From Azolla caroliniana (lineage: Eukaryota; Plantae; Polypodiophyta): DNA of 64,000 nt. Location of the stretch: assembly GCA_043228905.1 (NCBI GenBank), contig JBHGNT010000036.1, positions 217,520 to 281,519 of the forward strand, read 5' to 3'. Shown in pieces: positions 36,786 through 48,510 of this stretch (the first letter of the stretch is position 1; each line of letters opens with the position of its first letter). A program made the position numbers and the translations under genes. Below the pieces are notes generated by a model. That model made no database searches, was not told the origin of the DNA, and saw only the letters and a program-made list of their open reading frames with translations.

Positions 36786-36879
36786 TATGGTATCAGAGCG
36801 GTGAAGGAGTCCAACCCCACCAAGATTTGTGTCGCGGTGTTAATAACGAACGTGCGAATTAAAGAAACGACTTTCGACC

Positions 36880-39800
36880 ATGTCAAACGGTGGAGTGATA
36901 GCAAATGTGACGGCAAATGCCGCCCAGGTATCGTCTCGCACTTATCATATTGAAAAATTGAATGATAAAAATTATCAACCATGGCGTATGACCATGGAAA
37001 TTATATTAGAACAACATGACTTGTTAAAAATCGTCGATGGAACCGACGTGTGCCCCGACCCCACAAATGCACTTGGTGTGCAAACATGGAAGCGGCGTGA
37101 TTTAAACGCTCGCTTAGAACTTCTCCTTCATATGGAGGACACACTTAAGCAAAGTGTGAGAACCTTGACTACCTCCAAACAAATATGGGATAGATTAGAG
37201 GCTGATTACCTCCATACGGACGTTACGTCCCAAGTTGCAAATTTAAAAACATTAATAAATATGAATATGAATGAAAATGATGATGTTGATACATTCGTTA
37301 AAAATTGGAGACTTCGACTTGATGATGTAATCCTTTCAGGACTTAGTTTGCCAAGTTCCGTTCAATCTGCCCTCTTGTTAGCCGCCCTACCCCCATCATG
37401 GCAACCATTTATAAGTACAAAATCCACATCCGCCAACATTAGTGTCCCAACATTAGTTGCATCAATCTCACAAGAAAACATACTTCGTAGGGCAATAAAT
37501 CAACCCTCCTCATCTCACACCGCACTTTATATCAAACATCCAAATTACAATAAAAAACCTTACAATAAACCTAAATCAACATACCAACCTAATAACTCCA
37601 AATTTTATTCACGAACCTCTAAATTTAACGATTCAAGGAATCATAACAAATCTAGGTTCCTTAGATCCTTTTGTAAAAATTGTCAAAGGAGCGGACATGA
37701 AACGAAAGATTGTTATAGGAATTCTAACAACGGGAAAAGAACATATAAAGAAGACCAATCTTATAATGCATCTCATGATGACTACGATCCAAATAATCAC
37801 ATATGTGATAATGACCAAAATTCCGATGAAGATAATGAAGATTCTTTCATTGCCTTCATGGCCCTCACTTCATTTAACAATTCTCCCACTTCAACGTGGA
37901 TTCTTGATACAGGTGCCACATGTCATCTCACCTCAAGAGTTGAATGGCTCAAAGACTATAAGGCCTTAGAACATCCTTTCCCGGTTAGATTTGGGAACAA
38001 TGGGGTTGAATATGCCCTTGGACATGGGACTGCTCATCTTGAACTTTCTGATGGGAACTTCATTGAAATCAATGAAGTTTACTATATACCTAACATAGCC
38101 AAAAACTTGATATCTGTCAATAAACTCACGAATGATAATACATCCGTCGAGTTTTATCACAAATATTGTATCATTCGTCATAAGACACCCTCTGGACGAG
38201 GCTATGTCGTCAATTGTCCAAGACAAGGATGTCTTTACCTTCTAGGCCGCTCTGTGGTACCTGCTGAAGAAGCACACCACATAGATGATTCAAACACATC
38301 AAACTATATGACCTTATTATGGCACTATCGATTAGGTCACTTAAACCATCAAACAATGGTTCACATGGCCCGACAACATATAGCAATTGTCTTTACTCTT
38401 CCTCGTAAATCGAAATTATCCCTTTGCGAAGGGTGTATATTTGGAAAACTTTCTAACTCGCCATTTCCATCCCATCCTACAACGACCACCAAACCCCTCC
38501 AACTAGTACATACGGATATATGTGGTCCTTTGTCTACCCCATCCCTATCTGGAAATGTATATTTCCTAACATTTATCGATGACTTTACTCGGTTCACGAT
38601 GGTCACGTTTCTCAAGACAAAATGTAGTGATCAAGTCCTTGAGAAATTTAAAGCCTACCACAAACTTGTAACAAATCAACAAGATTTACCCCTTAAAGTA
38701 CTACAATCAGACAATGGTGGAGAATTCAAGTCCCAAAACTTCCAAACTTATTGCCAAAACCATGGGATTCAACAACGGTTTACCATCCCATATACACCCC
38801 AACACAATTCAAGGGCTGAACGGCGAAACCGGTTGTATATGGACGCCACTCGTAGCATGCTCGCCATTGCAAACCTTCCCCGAACATATTGGGAAGAGGC
38901 CGTTTCAACCGCTTGTTATATATTCAATAGAACATATAGTCGATCAATTAGGACAACTCCATTTTCCTTGTGGTTTGGAAAAAATCCAAATTATGAAAAT
39001 CTAAGAATCTTTGGATGTCCATCATATGCACTCGTACCCTTAGAAACTCGATCAAAATTAGATAATCACGCAGTTCGCACAATATTTGTTGGGTATGGCG
39101 AACCTCATGGCTATAAGGGTTATCGATTATATGACCCAAAATCCAAAAGATTTATATTTAGTCGACGAGTGATATTTGATGAAGATAAGCTAATATCTAA
39201 TCCTCACCCACATCATGGCCATGAAAAGATACAAGATGAGACTACCATGTCTAACATTGAATCTAATAAAGAAATAATATCATCACCTACTAATTCTTGG
39301 CGGGCTCCACAAATGTCCTCGGAAATTCAACAAGTCACACTTGACCATATGCCAATTAACCCTCCTCCACTAATGCATTCATCTCTAGAGGTTCGCCTAG
39401 AAGTCCCAGTTTCAACCAATGACTCCAACTTATTGCCCCTAATAACCAAACAATCACAACAAACTGATGTACATACTCCAATTTTAAACACTAACTCTAC
39501 GCAAACTAAACAAAGGCTTAATAAACAATTTAGCACTCATAAGGAAAAGCCTTTAGATAGAACACAATTAACTCACATTGATTATTCAGGTTCCCATCCT
39601 ATTCAAAATCTCTTGATCCCACTACGAAGATCCTCACGCCTTAATGGTAAGGGGAAAACCAATGGTCACAATGATGCAAAAGTAATTAAAATAGGATGTA
39701 GAAATACCTCATATCCCACTAATAGTCAACATGTAGAAGATAAAAATTGTTGTGACAATGCGAAATCACCTAGTTCACTTAGCCCTACATCGACTCCAAA

Positions 39801-40811
39801 GAAAGTTCGTACTATTCAAGATCTTTATGATCACACACAAAAAATTGATGCCCTTGTTGCGGACCATCGATTTGAACCTGAGTTTGCTTTTTCGGCTCTT
39901 GGTTCCCCGACAACCACATCAGACGTCTCTGATGATCCCTTAACTATCAATGAGGCATTGCAAAGTCCAGATCGTGTAGAATGGCAAGCCGCCATGGCAA
40001 AAGAACTTGAATCTCTTGAGGCCAATAAAACATGGACTCTAGTACCACTCCCAATGGGACGCTCACCTATTTCATGCAAATGGGTGTTGAAGAAAAAACT
40101 AAACCCTGATGGTACTGTTGCACGTTACAAAGCTCTACTTGTAGCTCGTGGTTTTTCTCAAGTTGAAGGACTTGACTATTCTGAGACTTTTTCACCCGTC
40201 CTCTGTATGGCATCTTTTCGGCTCCTAATGGCTCTAGCCACCATTCTTGATCTCGAAGTACATCATTTGGATGTACAAACGGCATTTCTACATGGTGATT
40301 TACCTGAGGAAATCTACATGTCCCAACCTCCTGGGTTTGAGTCACAATCTCAACCAAACTATGTGTGTCGATTACATCGATCACTTTATGGACTCAAACA
40401 ATCTCCTAGGTTATGGTTTCAAAAATTTAACAATTTTATGCTCTCACATGGCTATTCTAGATTGTTATCAGAACCAAATATATACATTAGACATAATCAT
40501 TCATCTAATCGGTTGTTAGTGGTAGCATTATATGTTGATGACATTCCTATAGTCGGAACACCATCTGAAATTACTCAAGCAAAGCTAGAGCTTTCCAAAG
40601 CATTTTCAATAACAGATTTAGGTCCCCTATCTTATTTCCTAGGCATGCAAGTTACGCGTAATCGTAGTATGGGCACCTTGATCATTCATCAAAATAAATT
40701 CATTAATGAAATTTTGAAATCCTTCGGAATGCTAAACATTAAACCTTGCACTACTCCCTTATCATTAACATGTAACTTAAGCATATCTGATAGTCCAACC
40801 ACAAAAAGAGA
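36880..40811 (+). CDS. Copia gag-PR-INT-RT polyprotein, truncated late in RT
   Basis: Uninterrupted: IEKLNDKNY, CKNCQRSGHETKDC, WILDTGAT, WHYRLGH..CEGC, HTDICGP/SDNGGEF/AERRNR, LYVDDI. After 40811 the frame runs into antisense UTP7. Confidence 0.93.
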
Positions 40812-43800
40812 CGATATACCACCACTATGGCCAATACCCATACTATCTTCATATGGGCAGAAGCAAAAGTCTTGTATTTGCCATCCCTTTGGTAAGTGAT
40901 GTGTCATGTAAGGCTTAGATTGCCTTGAAACAAGTGCATCTTTCCATATCTCAACATTAGAGATTTGATCAACCGCTAAAAGACCCCGTTGGCTTACATC
41001 TAGCGATTTAACTGGTGATTTTGAGAAGTAAGCATGAAGAGGAGTAAGTTTCCTCAAATCAAACACTTTAACCTTCCCATCCATACCAGCTGTGATCATC
41101 TGGTTTCCTTGTGATTCAAAAGCTACGACGGTCACAAGCCCACGATGGCAAAGTAAGGAAACAAGTGGCTTGCTCATATTAGGACTCCATATAGTTACAG
41201 TTCCATTGCTATGTCCAAGACCAATAACTGCATTATAGGGATTCATTCGCAGCACATCGCATCGTCCTAACCCGGACTTGTGCTGGGCCACACTAGTACC
41301 AGTACTAGTATCTTGATACCTAAGCGTACCGAATTTGTCGACTGAAACAAGCAAGAAATGATGTGGCAGAAATTCTAGCTCCAAAGGATAAGTGTGATCC
41401 TGCAGAATTAGTTAACAGTGTTATTATCAAGCATCAATAGAACCAGCAAAGGAATGGCTGCTGATACAGTTCAAAAGAAGTTATATACTTTCAAGCAATG
41501 AATCTCTGTTCCTTTCTTGTCATATATGTAAACATATCTGCAAAAAAGACAAGGATGAGAAGAAGATTCGGTGGCTGTGCTATTTACTTAGGCTTGGTGC
41601 ACAAAGTTTAGGAAAACTAACTTCTTCTGAGCAGCTGCATAAAACAACTCATTATGCAGGAATTATACATCCCTTGTCGTTTCGGCCACCTGTTTTGCAC
41701 ATTAACCAAAGTCAATTATAATTTCATCATCAAACTAGAAATTTATGCTGATTGCCAACACACATACATAAACTCTCTCTCTCTCTCTCTCTCTCATTAA
41801 CTGTAGTGAAAAAAGAATTGACAATGCTACTCTTTTTAAACATTGACATTCAGAAATTGGATATGAACATGGTGTTCCTTGCATCTAGTAAAAATCCATG
41901 CACAATAATTAACATCTACTATGTGTTCACTTCTTCCTCTGTTTCCTTTCCATATCTAGACACAAGCATGCTGAAAGATGCAAACTAGAAATATGCTATA
42001 CACTATTGGTCCCCCAGAAAGGGATTGGTGAGTTATTAAAATATACTATATGTATACTAAGTATTAAAAATGAAAAAGCTTCCATTTTGTTTTTGTTCCA
42101 ATTTCTCAGCCTGAATTTGAGGATTCAAGATAGAGCTTAATAGAAACCAAAATAGATGTAGATTTACCACGCATAGTAAAACCCTATAGTTTGTTATTAG
42201 TGATTAAGGGTAATCGTTACCTGCAATTCTGATACAAGTTGGGATTCCTACCAATTCATGATTGCGAGGTGACTTTTCCTTCCTCCAATTACTAGATAGC
42301 GTCCATTACGAGTGAAATCAATTGCATAAGGTCCCAGAATTGTATCATCATTATAAGTTCTCAATAAACAGAAAATATCCTACAGAGACATTATGGGGAT
42401 ATCAAAAACTAGTAACATAAATTGAAATCAAGGGATCATGCTCATGGTTATTTATGAATTTTCCATGCCTTCAATTTTCAAGATCACTAGAGATAACCTT
42501 GAAGTTGACTATCGAAAGCCTTTCGGGCACTCGCCAATTCAACATTGGGAAGAATGGCTTCTTGGGAAAAATTCTTTGTTTGTTCAAGTCCTTCAGCTTA
42601 ACCACTGCATCAGAAACAACCACTAGATAAAAAATCTGCATAGAAGGTGTGCTTGCAATCTCAAATTTATCAAATACAATGTGTATAAACATTTCAGAAA
42701 TTGGTACGTACACGGCTTCATTAAACTAGCATGCGTACATAGGATGATTATTGAAGAGAGAAAAAGGCACAAACCTGCTCAAATTTCACAGCAGTACATG
42801 CAAACTTCCCTATTATCTCTTCTCTCTACCGAAGCTACCCTCTAAGCTTCTTATCAGTTAGGTCCTGTTACAGATGAAGGATCAAAGATGTGGTACATGA
42901 AGGTATTTCTAGAGAGCGGAGGATGAGGGATAAATTAAAACAAAAAACCAGCAAAAAAATTGACTATTACCTTCAATGGAACCCTTCCACCTCGAGCATA
43001 TTTGATTTCTTCAGGAGTGAGCTCTGGCAATGACTCTGAATCCTCCATTGCTGCTCCCAAAATTCCACCCTTGAAATTTCTGTGTCTAAAGAAATATTAA
43101 ATTAATATTTCAACAAGCCCTAAATTTACTGCAATTAAAAAGTTCGCAAATGCCCTTCATTTCTCTCTGCCCTTAACCTATTTTCAATTAAGTAAAAACT
43201 ACCTTTATTTCCCTAAATGGCCCTAAATTTTCATTAATTCTACGAAGCCACCTAGAATAATTACTTGTGCTATGTGAGAAATTATATGGTCAATTTTCTC
43301 TTTTCCTCTCTTTCGACAATTGACCAGGGGCATTTATGGAAATAATGAACATCTTGGCAGTTATTTCAAAGGTTTTCCTTTTTGTCCATTAGCTTCTTGA
43401 TGCCTAATATCAATGTTCAATTAAAGAACCAATTCCAAATTTCAAGTCTAACATTCCCTGAAACTTTGAAATTTTCACTTGGAATGTAGAAAACAAGACA
43501 TGCTTCTCTTTTTTTCCTTTTGAAATACACACATCCAATATGCAGAGAGATTGTCTCTGTAAGATTACTCAACACTAATAAGCTGACATGTTTTTTCCTT
43601 GCAACATTATAAGACACAATCGAGAAATCAGAGTGGTCAATCACTTTCAATCCTCATCTATGCAAGGACAAAGAATTTACTCTGCACCTCTTAATCCTCA
43701 TGGAAGTTCAGAAGTGCTCTCATAAATATTATGAATCACGCTGAGAAACTATGCAAAACCTCCTTTTTTATTAACAACTACAATTTTTATATTAGCTCAA

Positions 43801-44618
43801 GTCTCTCGCAATTCATTTCTTAGTTGATAGATTAAATTATCAGATTAATTTCTATATAGAAGGTCTACCCGTTTTTTTTTAACAAATTCTCAAGCATAAT
43901 AAATATAGCTTAGTGATCTAACAATTAATAATTCCCAATCTATGGCATTATATTCCGGTTTTAGATCATCACATGCATGTATTTCAGTTCAAACCATTAT
44001 ATTGTGTAGATTATGCTAACAATCAACTTATATGCCATTCGTCATATGCGTGGATTTATCTTCAAATCAAATCATGACAGATTTGTATATGCATGTGCAG
44101 ACCATTCAGTTAAAATATGTCTATAATATTTTCAAATTATTTGGCTCAGATATGTGTGTTTATGTTTCGAATCGTTAGGTTTTAAATCTGTGCAATCTGA
44201 TAAAAAGGGAGTGTAGAAAAATCTAAAAATATTGAACCATATACCTGGTTTTAAACTTTGTTTCGTTCGGCAAGTGAGGAGGTAATCGAGCAAATCTGCT
44301 TCCACGAAGAGCTCAACGATCCTCTTCCGAAAGGTTTTCTAATTGAGCATCGTTTACCTTGATACTTTTCTTCATTCTAAGTTTGAATATGGAAAATGAG
44401 GACCAGATTAGGGTTTTGATCATCAGGTAAGAGAAACTCGCCCGAATATCTTAACAGGGCTCATCTTGGATTCTTGATACTTCTCTTCATTTTAAGTAAG
44501 GAGAAGATTAGTGTTTTGAGCATCAGGAAACACAAGAATAAATTAAAACGTAAGAGTATGGCCGACGTTGTAAATACATTCAGGTAAAGAGAATTTGCGT
44601 GGCCGCGCGCGCGTGCGT

Positions 44619-44621
<3 letters not shown>

Positions 44622-44658
<37 letters not shown>
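44622..44658. repeat. (GA)n microsatellite
   Basis: About 18 GA units upstream of the UTP7 pseudogene. Confidence 0.9.
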
Positions 44659-44661
<3 letters not shown>

Positions 44662-44972
44662 GCACTTGAAGAAACCCTAAGATATGTTCAGAGGAAACCC
44701 TGAATCTTCTTCTCCACGCAGGAAGAGGAGGAACCTCATGCAGACCATGTCATTCAAAAGACCTCCGAAATTACCGTGAATAATAACCATGGTTATGTGT
44801 ATGTGTATGTGTATGTATGTATGTGTATGTGTATGTGGCTCGTGTCTATTCTACATCAAATCATAAAGAGGGTTGGCGAGGGAATCGCGGCCACAGACGG
44901 TGTAGGTCGCGCATGCGATATGCACCGTCAGATTTCGATAAGGAAGAACACGCGAAAAAAAAAGTTGTCAAA

Positions 44973-45088
44973 GGTCGCCCAACTCTGAGTCGATGGTCGC
45001 CCAACTCTGATTGTTGCAAGTTGCCCAATAGTTTTAGGTCATCCAACCTTGACATTTGCAGGTTGCCCAACCGATTGGTCGCCCAACC
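44973..45088. repeat. Cluster of about six GGTYGCCCAAC-like motifs, probable subterminal repeats of the MULE
   Basis: Motif copies near 44973, 44995, 45019, 45037, 45061 and 45077, downstream of the transposase ORF. Confidence 0.55.
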
Positions 45089-45610
45089 AAATGTATCATT
45101 TCGACCAAAATCTTCAAATAAGCTTGTTCATTACCCTTAAAACTTACAATAACATATCAAACAGTCACAAAATCCAACCTTAAATTATTCAAAATCGACG
45201 ATCTTTACCATACTTATGTTAAAACAAATAATCATATTAAAACATAAAAGTTAAAAGTTAAAAAACTTAAAACAGAGAACGTAAATCCACTTTAAACACC
45301 GTAAACCCAAATCAAAGGATGACATACTTGAATAAGGAAACTTAAAACATAAATCAACATATTACATACTCCCAAATGCACTCATAAATCAACATAAATC
45401 CACTTGAAACATTGTAAACCCAAATGCACCGGTCCGCAAAACCACTCAAGCTATGTTTATGGCTCATCCGAAGATGATGGCAAGATGCAACCACAATTCT
45501 TGCAACAATCAACATTTGAGTCCCTTGATCTAAAGGTCAAGGCATCACATCTTCTCTGTTGCACATATTGGCAACTGCCTCCTAGCTCGACTTGCGCCTC
45601 TTTGCATTTT

Positions 45611-48280
45611 TCATGTGTGTGCCTTGGAAGTGTTTGGGGAGCTGCCAATAAGATCTTGTGAAATGTTGATTGATGCTCCCCTTTTTGCACCAATTGCTAG
45701 CTTACGCCCTATGGATCCACGGTCTTCTTCATTGGTTGGTTTCAGTGCACCTAGGTGATACACCAACGCCTGACCTATTTCTTCAATGAACTCCATACAT
45801 GCCAAAATTGTTGCACGGTCGAGGGATCGTAACCCTTGCCTAAGACATTGAATAGCACCCTCAACCGTTTGTATTTTCGACTCCCATTCCTCCATTTGTG
45901 ATGTTATAGGGTTTGTCTCCTCGACTGGTTCTACCTCTGTCTCCACTTCCATCTCTGTGAAATGGTCATTGCACATATAGGTTGCATGATCTATAAAAGG
46001 CAACGACCCACATAGATGTGGCATGTGCCTCTCTATAATCATCCTGATGCCGAGTATATGCTTACATTTACTCGTAGGGTCTTGGCAATCACAATATGAA
46101 CATTGGAGCAATACATTATACCATACATTCGGTTTTGTCAAGCTCAATATTTTTAACCAATATCGAGGCTCGTCCACAATATGCATTGTCACATCATTAG
46201 TTTCATACCTCTCTAGTAGCCTTTCGGCCTCTTTAAGTCTTGTTGTTTGATCCCCACAATTTGCACGTGGTGCAAATCTACCACTCTCACATATTTCTTG
46301 TCGTTGCTTGTACCATTCAATAACAGTACCCCCGATGCAAGTGCCAGTTTGACTGTCCTCGATTAAAACATGCACAAGATCGGTAATTGATCGGTTTATC
46401 CTCCCTCTTAAGGTAGTATATTTGATAAACTGCCAATGTCTCTCCACGAGATTGGTAGTGTCAACATGTCCATAGTTGAACATTCTACCAAATTTGGGCC
46501 ACAGTTTCCTCCACACACATGTCAGGCCACACCATCCTCCTTCTATATATTGCCAAACACCTGGCTTGTTTGCATATTCTACCTTTAACTCCTCACATTG
46601 GGCATTGAATGTGGATTTCGTAATGCATTGCATGAGCTGGCACATTCGATTATAAAGATGGTTTCTCTCAGTTGCACTTACCTTTGGCAACAAGTTGTCC
46701 AACCATGCTTTTTTTGCGTGGAAGTGACACAACAAAAGCCGACAATGTGTTTGCGACCTTTGCCCATTTGTAACTATCCAAGATAATCAGTCTGTTGCAA
46801 CCACATTACTTATGGCATTATATGATGTCCAACTTTTATCGATGACTATGGCATTTGGCCTCACATTGGGCATCCGTGCAAATATGACTCTCAAGCAAGT
46901 TTCTAAAGCTACTTGCTCATGGTTAGACCCCTTATCAGAATTACATATCATGTACCATAATGGGATACCAACTCCCATGGCATTTGGGGCCACAACTGCA
47001 TATAATGGCAAGCCAAATTGGTTTGTTTTAAACGTGGAGTCGATTGCCCAAGAGTTGTTTATTGACAATCGCTCACACATCTCTAACATCCATTCATCTT
47101 GGAGCACCAAGATGAATGGTTGCCTTGCGGGAGATCCATATTCACCAGGCAAGTAGGGTTGGACATGAGCCACCTTCCCAAGATCTCGGAGGGCATAGGC
47201 ATCTTGCATCATCAAAGACCAATCAACCCCTGACATGGCACTCCCAATTTTTAACTTGTTGGCCATGTTATTAACCTCCTTTGGTATCATAAAGAACCTA
47301 TAACTCACAAGGTCTAATGGACTAGCCTTGGACTTATGATATGCTTCCTTACACATGCTCATCCGTGCCACATGAAACCCTAAACCAACATCAAAAAGGT
47401 AATCTCTACAACAACTTATAACATTTGGGGCCACTGGCAAATAGTACGCATCTGGTCTACTTCTTGGTACATGACCCGTATGAGGTCCATATATTGAAAC
47501 GGTCACTGTCCCATGGTCAACCCCGCCATTCATTCGAGCGTTCACATGAAAACTACACCCACATCAAGATGAATGCTTTCTACGTCGAGTGCATGGATAT
47601 TGCTTGTTGGCCACACCGCATCGGTGACAATTATACCTAGTTACATGTGCACCCCTTGTGATCCCTGTATGGAAGCGTGTGTGATACCTCAATTGAACAT
47701 CTATGAGCATATCATCAACCCTATGTGCCTCTATCTTGATCACTTCTATGGGTCTAGACTTTTTATATTTCACGACACTTGTCCCCTCCATGTCAGATGG
47801 AGTTAACCTCAACACAACTTGACAACCACATTGGTCAATCACTGCTTTCACATACGCACTAGGGATCCCATGGTCACGAAGGTCATTGGACCAAAGTCTC
47901 TTTAACTTTGACAGAGTACTTGTCAAAGAACGGTGCGATGCGCCGCAATGTGACACCAATACTATCTCCCTCCATTTCTCTACGTGCGTAATCTGAAGAT
48001 GAGGCGATGCCTTAAGGTGTATTGCATTCTCATTTCTAAGCGTGAGACAACTCTTCATGCGCCTCCATGCATGTAAATTAAGAGGTGCACCCCTTGTGAG
48101 TGTGCTTAATATTTCAAATGTTACCTTAACTTGACCCAATAAATCTTTAAGCATTAAATCGTACATGAAGGGATCAACCTCCTCCGCCCCTTCTTCGGAT
48201 GAAGCCGACTCATAGTCTTCGGATGTAGACGAATCCTAGTCTTCGTCGATGGTTGCGGAGTATGGTGATGCATAAACCAT
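45611..48280 (-). mobile_element. Mutator-like (MULE) DDE transposase with SWIM zinc finger, inactivated
   Basis: One 890-codon frame broken by three in-frame stops (near 48237, 47564, 46787). Motifs IDSTFKTNQFGLPL, IVIDKS, LCHFH, TTNLVERHW and SWIM CDCQDPTSKCKH. Confidence 0.88.
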
Positions 48281-48424
48281 CCTCAGAATCATACAAGGAC
48301 GTTGTCATGCCTTACAGCTCCGGATCGTTGCGTGAGTCGGGTGGGAACCGCTGGGGTTTTCGACTAGGAGGAATGAAAATTCTAAGGCAATTAAGAATAT
48401 GAAATATATTGTAAGAACGAAAGA

Positions 48425-48510
48425 TTTAGGGTTTAGGGTTTAGGGATTAGGGTTTAGGGTCGGGGTTTAGGGTTTAGGGTTTAGGGTTTAGGGTTTAGGG
48501 TTTAGGGTTA
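48425..48510 (+). repeat. Short interstitial telomeric tract, about 12 TTTAGGG units
   Basis: Same orientation as the terminal array, with two variant units (ATTAGGG, TCGGGG). Confidence 0.95.

Larger units (their letters stand above)
34699..40811 (+). mobile_element. Circularly permuted single-LTR Ty1/Copia insertion with an inverted integrase fragment
   Basis: Order: filler; inverted copy of 38726-39189 (34724-35187); RT-RH (35180-36532); PPT; one LTR; PBS; gag-PR-INT-RT (36880-40811). 35180-35823 repeats 40168-40811. Confidence 0.95.
34275..43048 (-). pseudogene. UTP7: U3 snoRNP/SSU processome protein UTP7 (WDR46/BING4) pseudogene, split by a Copia insertion
   Basis: Exons 43048-42971, 42864-42775, about 42622-42498, about 42339-42221 (LGPYAIDFTRNGRY), 41689-41622, 41537-41489 (YVYIYDKKGTEIHCLK) and last exon 41399-40810 + 34698-34275 (LEFLPHHFLL..NPYNAVIGLGHSNGTV..FCPYED..GHSGGISS | LVPGSGEANFD..NPFET.KQRREAEVHSLL.KLQPESI.LDP). 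At least four nonsense codons. Confidence 0.93.

Noticed and set aside
40689-41384. Apparent UTP7-Copia fusion ORF, and the reciprocal tail of ORF 36880-40899
   Set aside because: Chance read-through across the insertion junction. Upstream UTP7 exons already contain stops.
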